64,000 nucleotides of DNA, taken from contig CAWGLD010000001.1 in NCBI GenBank assembly GCA_963823335.1, forward strand, positions 704,001 through 768,000, in the 5' to 3' direction. The stretch is from an uncultured delta proteobacterium (GTDB lineage Bacteria; Desulfobacterota; Desulfobacteria; Desulfobacterales; B30-G6). Each line of letters begins with the position of its first letter. Position 1 is the stretch's first letter. This document shows, in pieces, positions 58,743-64,000 of this stretch. Made by a program: the position numbers and the translations under genes. Below the pieces are notes generated by a model. The model had not been told where the DNA came from. It saw only the letters and a list, made by a program, of their open reading frames with translations, and ran no database searches.

Positions 58743-59462
58743 TTAGTGCCGTACGATAATCCCCTCGAATTGATCCTTAATCAGTTCCTGGCGCACCTGT
58801 TCAGCCTCGGCTTTTGTGCGGTACGGACCTACCCTGACACGATACCAGGTTCCCTTATCGGGTATCTCGGCTTTTGTAATGAATCCGGCATATCCCAATT
58901 GAGTCAATTTTTTCACCAGCTCTTCTGCGGAGACGTCATCCTTGGCGGAGGCCACCTGAACAGCCAAAGAACCCGGCGGTAAGGGATCGGCTTCTGGCAA
59001 GCCCGGTGAATCCTTCTTTTCTTCCTGGATGCCCTTTGATTTGGAGACACGTTTTTGCGATGTCAATGAAGACTGAGGTGGGGTCTCGGGTGGCGTTTTG
59101 GGGGCCGCTTCGGGAAGCGTCTTTTTCTCGATGAGTTGGATCTGTTCATCTTTTCCTTTTTCCTTCAAGGCCTCGTAGAATTCAAGGGAACCCTTGGCGC
59201 CGGTCTTGGCAGAATCGGTTTCCATGGCTCTTTTTTCCTGTTTGAGCATCGATTCTTTCAGTGCCAGAAGCTCTTTCTGAAGTGCTTGAATATCAAAATT
59301 CACCGGAGCCGTGCCACGACCAACCAAGACCCCCAGCACAAACATCCATCCGGAAATCAGGACCAGCAGGCAGAGACCCAGGAAGAATCCTTTTCCTGTC
59401 AACTGCAGCAAGTATTTCTTTCTGCTTTTCGCAGTAGCGTTTTTTTCTGTCATTTTTTTCAT
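58743..59462 (-). CDS. SPOR-domain cell division protein (FtsN-like)
   Basis: N-terminal TM helix (FVLGVLVGRG), linker, AVQVAS...WYRVRVGPY; follows argS. Confidence 0.88.
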   Translation of the reverse strand: MKKMTEKNATAKSRKKYLLQLTGKGFFLGLCLLVLISGWMFVLGVLVGRGTAPVNFDIQALQKELLALKESMLKQEKRAMETDSAKTGAKGSLEFYEALKEKGKDEQIQLIEKKTLPEAAPKTPPETPPQSSLTSQKRVSKSKGIQEEKKDSPGLPEADPLPPGSLAVQVASAKDDVSAEELVKKLTQLGYAGFITKAEIPDKGTWYRVRVGPYRTKAEAEQVRQELIKDQFEGIIVRH

Positions 59463-61127
59463 CTACATCTTTTCCGGTGCGGATACACCCAGAAGGTTTA
59501 ATCCGTTTCGAATAATTCTTTGAACTTCCAGTACAAGGGAAAGTCGCGCCTGGGTCACCACGGAGTCTTCGGCCAGAACACGGTGCTTATTGTAATAGGA
59601 ATGGAAGGTGGATGCAAGACCCATCAAATAGTAAGTGATCCGGTGAGGTTCTCTGAAAACAGCGCTTTTTTCAACCACCGCCGGATATTGATCCATGACC
59701 TTTATCAGGTTGATTTCTTCAGGTTCCACAATCTGTTTCATGGTAAGATCATCCCATGTGTCACTGTCGATCCCCTGTTCTCTGCCCTTTCTCAAAATAC
59801 TCGAAATTCGTGCATGTACATACTGAACATAGTAGACCGGGTTGTCATTGGTTTTCTTTTTTGCCAGCTCCAGGTCAAAATCCAGCGGGCTTTCATAGTG
59901 TCTTGTGAGAAAAATGAATCTTGCCGCATCTCTCCCGACTTCGTCCACAACATCTTTCAGGGTAATGAATTCGCCTGCCCGTGTCGACATGGCTACCGGC
60001 TCGCCATCCCGCAGCAGGTTGACCAGCTGAACAAGAATGACCTCGAACTGATCCCGCCGATACCCCAGTGCCTCGATGGAAGCCGTCATTCGAGGAATGT
60101 ATCCATGGTGGTCCGCTCCCCAGACATCGATAACCCTTTCAAAACCGCGCCGGTACTTGTCCAGGTGGTAGGCCACGTCCGATGCAAAATAAGTTTTCTG
60201 GCCATTTTTCCGAACCACCACACGGTCTTTTTCATCTTGATACTGAGACGTTTTGAACCAGACAGCACCATCTTTTTTATAAACAATGTCTCGCGCTTCC
60301 AGTTCTTGTATCACCGTATCGACACAGCCCGAGTCATACAGGCTCTGTTCGCTGAACCATTCATCAAATGTCACCCCGAAGGTTTCAAGGTCCTGACGAA
60401 TACCCTTGATGATAATACCGGCAGCTGTCCTGGCACAAAATGCAATCATTTCCTGATCCGGTTTGTCGTTCAGTTTTTCGCCATGCTCTTCTTTAAGAAG
60501 CTCTGCAATGTCCTTGATATACTCCCCCTGGTAACATTCATCGGGAAACAGGACCTCTTTTCCTACAAGCGCCTGGTATCGTAACAAAACAGAGCGCCCA
60601 AGGGTTTCAATCTGTCTTCCGGCGTCATTGATATAATATTCCTTCTGAACATCGTACCCGCAGAAAGACAGAATATTTCCGACACTGTCACCCACTGCCG
60701 CACCCCTGCCATGACCGACGTGCAGAGGACCTGTGGGGTTCGAACTCACAAACTCAATCTGAATCTTCTCGCCTTTTCCGATATCCGAAGCCCCATAACG
60801 ATCTTTCTGGTCATGGATATGACGGAGCACCCCGTGCCAGGCATTGATATTGACAAAAAAGTTGATAAACCCCGGCCCGGCGATTTCGGTCCTCTCGACC
60901 ATGTTTTCAGGGTCTTCCATATGGTCGAGAATCTGCTCGGCTATCTTTCTGGGTGACCTCTTCTGGGCCGAGGCCATAACCATGGCGATATTTGCCGAGA
61001 AATCACCATGCCTTTCATTTTTTGGGATTTCGATCTCCACTTCCGGCAGCTCCTGGGCCGAAAAAACGCCTCCCGCAACAGCCCGATTTACGGCTTCGGT
61101 GATAAGTGTGTTAATCTTCTGTTTCAT
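59463..61127 (-). CDS. argS: Arginine--tRNA ligase
   Basis: [40 protein letters not shown] and [12 protein letters not shown]. Confidence 0.98.
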   Translation of the reverse strand: MKQKINTLITEAVNRAVAGGVFSAQELPEVEIEIPKNERHGDFSANIAMVMASAQKRSPRKIAEQILDHMEDPENMVERTEIAGPGFINFFVNINAWHGVLRHIHDQKDRYGASDIGKGEKIQIEFVSSNPTGPLHVGHGRGAAVGDSVGNILSFCGYDVQKEYYINDAGRQIETLGRSVLLRYQALVGKEVLFPDECYQGEYIKDIAELLKEEHGEKLNDKPDQEMIAFCARTAAGIIIKGIRQDLETFGVTFDEWFSEQSLYDSGCVDTVIQELEARDIVYKKDGAVWFKTSQYQDEKDRVVVRKNGQKTYFASDVAYHLDKYRRGFERVIDVWGADHHGYIPRMTASIEALGYRRDQFEVILVQLVNLLRDGEPVAMSTRAGEFITLKDVVDEVGRDAARFIFLTRHYESPLDFDLELAKKKTNDNPVYYVQYVHARISSILRKGREQGIDSDTWDDLTMKQIVEPEEINLIKVMDQYPAVVEKSAVFREPHRITYYLMGLASTFHSYYNKHRVLAEDSVVTQARLSLVLEVQRIIRNGLNLLGVSAPEKM

Positions 61128-61148
61128 AATCCATAGCCTTATGCGTTA

Positions 61149-61169
61149 ATAAATCGTTGCCGATTTTAT
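61149..61169 (-). repeat. Partial double-hairpin motif (second hairpin only) upstream of argS
   Basis: Minus strand ATAAAATCG-GCAA-CGATTTAT. Confidence 0.5.
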
Positions 61170-61427
61170 TTTCGTGGATTGATTTTATGCGATCCTAAAC
61201 AAATAACAATGAAAATGTCGACGTGAAGGGAATAATGGCTTTTCTTTAACAAGTCAAGGGGCTTTGATTCGGTCTTGACTCGATACCGGGAATATCCTAT
61301 ATAGGATTCACTAATAATTACAGGTTGAAGCCTGTTCATAAAAAGACTGTTCACAAATACAAGGCCACGGACACAACGGCATTTGGAAGATGCCAAAGCA
61401 TTCGTGGCTTTTTTATTGGAGGTACCG

Positions 61428-62210
61428 ATGAAACAAAGAGCCATAATCCTGCTGCTGATACTGACAGGCTTGATATCATTGCCAATTCCCGGCCAGGCCC
61501 ATTTCGGCATGATCATCCCATCCGACACCATGATCATGCAGGAGGACAACCGGACCGTCCGGATACAGATTTCCTTCTCCCACCCGTTTGACGGCATCGG
61601 TATGGAAATGGCCAAACCCAGACAGTGCAGTGTGATAGCCAATGGAAACAGGGTGGACCTGCTGGGTTCGTTGAAACATGAACCGGTCATGGGCCACACC
61701 GCCTGGTCTTTCGACTATAAAATAACCAGACCCGGTGTCTATGTATTCCTGGTGGAACCGGAGCCCTACTGGGAACCCGCTGAAGACGCCTTTATCGTCC
61801 ACTACACCAAGGCGGTGGTAACGGCCTTTGGAGACGACGAAGGCTGGGATCGGGAGATCGGATTGAAAACAGAAATTCTTCCTTTGTCCAAGCCCTATGG
61901 TCTGTATGCCGGCAATCTCTTCCAGGGAATCGTCAAGTTGAACGGCAAGCCCGTGCCCTTTGCGGAAGTGGAAGTTGAATATTACAACAAAGACCTGCGG
62001 CTGACAGCCCCAACCGATTATATGATTGCCCAGACCATCAAAGCCGATAAAAACGGTGTTTTTTCCTATGCCGCACCCGTTGCCGGCTGGTGGGGTTTCG
62101 CTGCCTTGAACAAGGCTGATTTTCAATTAAAACACGAGGGGCAAGGCAAGGATGTTGAATTGGGCGCCGTGATATGGGTGAAATTTCATGATCTGAAATT
62201 TAAATATTGA
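61428..62210 (+). CDS. DUF4198 periplasmic protein (Ni/Co uptake-associated)
   Basis: Signal peptide followed by [28 protein letters not shown] and GWWGFAAL. Confidence 0.85.
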   Translation: MKQRAIILLLILTGLISLPIPGQAHFGMIIPSDTMIMQEDNRTVRIQISFSHPFDGIGMEMAKPRQCSVIANGNRVDLLGSLKHEPVMGHTAWSFDYKITRPGVYVFLVEPEPYWEPAEDAFIVHYTKAVVTAFGDDEGWDREIGLKTEILPLSKPYGLYAGNLFQGIVKLNGKPVPFAEVEVEYYNKDLRLTAPTDYMIAQTIKADKNGVFSYAAPVAGWWGFAALNKADFQLKHEGQGKDVELGAVIWVKFHDLKFKY

Positions 62211-62333
62211 CGCTTTCGTAAAAAGCCCAACTTCTGCGTTGTGCTGCATTTCGTAATCATTCAACGTACGATACGTACGCCTCATGATTACAAAACTTGC
62301 ACGCCTTGAATTTGAACTTTTTACGAAACCGTC
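62209..62333. mobile_element. MITE-like element with 17-bp terminal inverted repeats
   Basis: GACGCTTTCGTAAAAAG...CTTTTTACGAAACCGTC; central CGTACG-ATA-CGTACG. Confidence 0.75.
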
Positions 62334-62357
62334 TAATTCTGATTTTTTTCGCGTTCA

Positions 62358-63014
62358 TCAACACCAGGAACTCAATTTCTTCAATTCATCAATCTCTTTT
62401 TGGGGCAGGAGAGAGACCTTGCCCAGGGATCGGGCGATGGCGGTGACCCTGGCCACATGCTCGACAGTTTCCAGGCGGCAGAAAGCTTCTTGCATGTTTT
62501 TTCCCAATGTCACACTACCGTGCCGCGCCAGGATAAGAACATTGTGTCCTTCCTGAACCGGTTGTTTCATGGCCTGCACGACATCTTCTGAGGTGGGTGT
62601 GGCATACCCGCAATCTGCGATAGCGCCCAGCGTCAGAACTACTTCGGGCAGGATCACCTCCGCGAGAGATACCCCGGCCACGGAGAGAGCCACGGCATAA
62701 GGCGGGTGGGCATGAATCACGGCCTGAATATCCGGCCTATTCTGATACACAAAGGTGTGCATACGGATTTCACTCGATGGTTTGATCCTTGTTTCACCTA
62801 CTGTTTGACCGGTTTTCATATTGTAAAGCAACAAATCCGCTGCATCGAGCATACCCTTGTGGCAGCCACTCGGAGTTACCAGAATGTGATCTTGATCTAC
62901 CCGCGCCGAAAGGTTACCGCTGGCTCCCGATACCAAGCCCTGTGCATACACCAATCCGCCATATACAGCGACTTCTTCCCGAATTTCTTTTTCCGTTTTC
63001 ACTTGAACTTCCAT
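62358..63014 (-). CDS. Class II aldolase/adducin family protein
   Basis: GNLSAR, VTPSG, KPSSEIRMH, VIHAHPP and LARHG. Confidence 0.92.
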   Translation of the reverse strand: MEVQVKTEKEIREEVAVYGGLVYAQGLVSGASGNLSARVDQDHILVTPSGCHKGMLDAADLLLYNMKTGQTVGETRIKPSSEIRMHTFVYQNRPDIQAVIHAHPPYAVALSVAGVSLAEVILPEVVLTLGAIADCGYATPTSEDVVQAMKQPVQEGHNVLILARHGSVTLGKNMQEAFCRLETVEHVARVTAIARSLGKVSLLPQKEIDELKKLSSWC

Positions 63015-63041
63015 TGGGGACGGGTATTCATTATCGTCCCA

Positions 63042-63476
63042 TTAAAACGGAATACTGGCGCCAAACACCACAAAGGCCACCTGATCGCCAGAAGCCGTCA
63101 GTACCACCTGGCCTGTTTCCTCTGAAATAGCCATGGTCCACCCCAGACCGTCGTGAAACTTTTCATAACCGTCTTCGGCGCCCTGCAAAATAAGTTTGCC
63201 GTCAACGATCTCCTGGCGCTCGATGATCGTTGGCGGCATCGTATCGTCAGCAGCAGCTGGGCGGATTGTTTTTTTAGTGAAATCGATTTTCAAAAACTGG
63301 TGAAATTCAACACTTTCAAGGGTCACCTCACGGCAGGTGCCGTCGGGCACACATTCGACCATCCGGATGACCGATATCAATAAAGGCCGCGTACCGTCGA
63401 AATCTCCGGCCCCGGCAAATGACACTGAAATTATTGAGCATACTATTGTGCAGACGATCAAGATATATCTTTTCAT
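63042..63476 (-). CDS. Exported hypothetical protein
   Basis: Signal peptide; GGAGGT SD; LILQGAEDG...GWTM. Confidence 0.75.
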   Translation of the reverse strand: MKRYILIVCTIVCSIISVSFAGAGDFDGTRPLLISVIRMVECVPDGTCREVTLESVEFHQFLKIDFTKKTIRPAAADDTMPPTIIERQEIVDGKLILQGAEDGYEKFHDGLGWTMAISEETGQVVLTASGDQVAFVVFGASIPF

Positions 63477-63505
63477 CGTAACCTCCGGTCAAAGAAACCC
63501 ACTCT

Positions 63506-64000
63506 TTATTTAACAGTGTAGCCCTTGCCCTCAAGGCAGGCGGCATAAGCTCGGTTGTAAGTATTGCGCTGCTGCATATACTGGTTGGCCTGCTGCTGTT
63601 CCCACTGCTTGCGCTGCTGGTCGGCTTGACTGTTCTGCTTTGAGCTGCGCATGCCACCTATGGCACCACCGCTAATTCCGCCGATGGCCAACCCTCTCTT
63701 GGCGCCTTTACGGCCCCCGGTAATCCCGCCGAGCAAAGCCCCGCCCACACCACCGACCACGCCTCCCCCGACAACACCACCGGCTACGCTCTCTTCACCC
63801 TTGGCCGGAGGTGGGGAAGAAGCCGTAGGTACTTGCATGGGATCAAAGCCCGTCTGGGTCTTGGCCCAGCTGTAACACTCGAATTTGTCCTTTTCCACCT
63901 GCTCGCTACTCTGCCCTTTGGCCGGATAGACAATGATTTCCTGAGCCTGGACATGTGAAACTAAAAAAGCCGCAAAGATCAGGACAGCAAATGCCCATTT
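63506..64000 (-). CDS. Glycine-zipper exported protein (5' end lies outside the window)
   Basis: Frame is open to position 64000 (KWAFAVLIFAAFLVSHVQAQEIIVYPAKGQS); Gly-zipper region and CLEGKGYTVK. Confidence 0.8.
   Translation of the reverse strand, partial: KWAFAVLIFAAFLVSHVQAQEIIVYPAKGQSSEQVEKDKFECYSWAKTQTGFDPMQVPTASSPPPAKGEESVAGGVVGGGVVGGVGGALLGGITGGRKGAKRGLAIGGISGGAIGGMRSSKQNSQADQQRKQWEQQQANQYMQQRNTYNRAYAACLEGKGYTVK

Overview
A 64 kb, mostly housekeeping window from what looks like a sulfate-reducing deltaproteobacterium (Desulfobacterales-like; inferred from gene content). It holds: (1) a minus-strand run rpmF-acyl-CoA dehydrogenase-fabG-acpP-fabF-rpiB-glyA-dCMP deaminase-nrdR-ribD-ribE-ribBA-ribH-nusB; (2) gltX and tRNA-Gln(CTG), followed by an AT-rich signalling islet; (3) pgi and glnS; (4) a methylmalonyl-CoA (propionate) pathway cluster, mce-scpA-meaB-carboxyltransferase subunits-sucCD, followed by hypAB and amrB; (5) tgt/queA, gatB, gatCA, mutL, argS, a porin-like gene and a RAYT transposase. 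The most unusual signal is intergenic. Many operon junctions are filled by short-period repeat arms with a consistent polarity on the transcribed strand (G/T-rich after a stop codon, C/A-rich before the next start). These arms enclose four-helix-bundle (IVP/Avd-like) genes in four states: intact, frameshifted, half-deleted and almost fully deleted. Separately, a covarying ~41 nt double-hairpin motif occurs 9 times (one partial), mostly just upstream of ribosome-binding sites and once abutting the tRNA 5' end. The RAYT gene carries two of its own REPs in frame. All calls were made by eye from the sequence and ORF track; no database searches were run.
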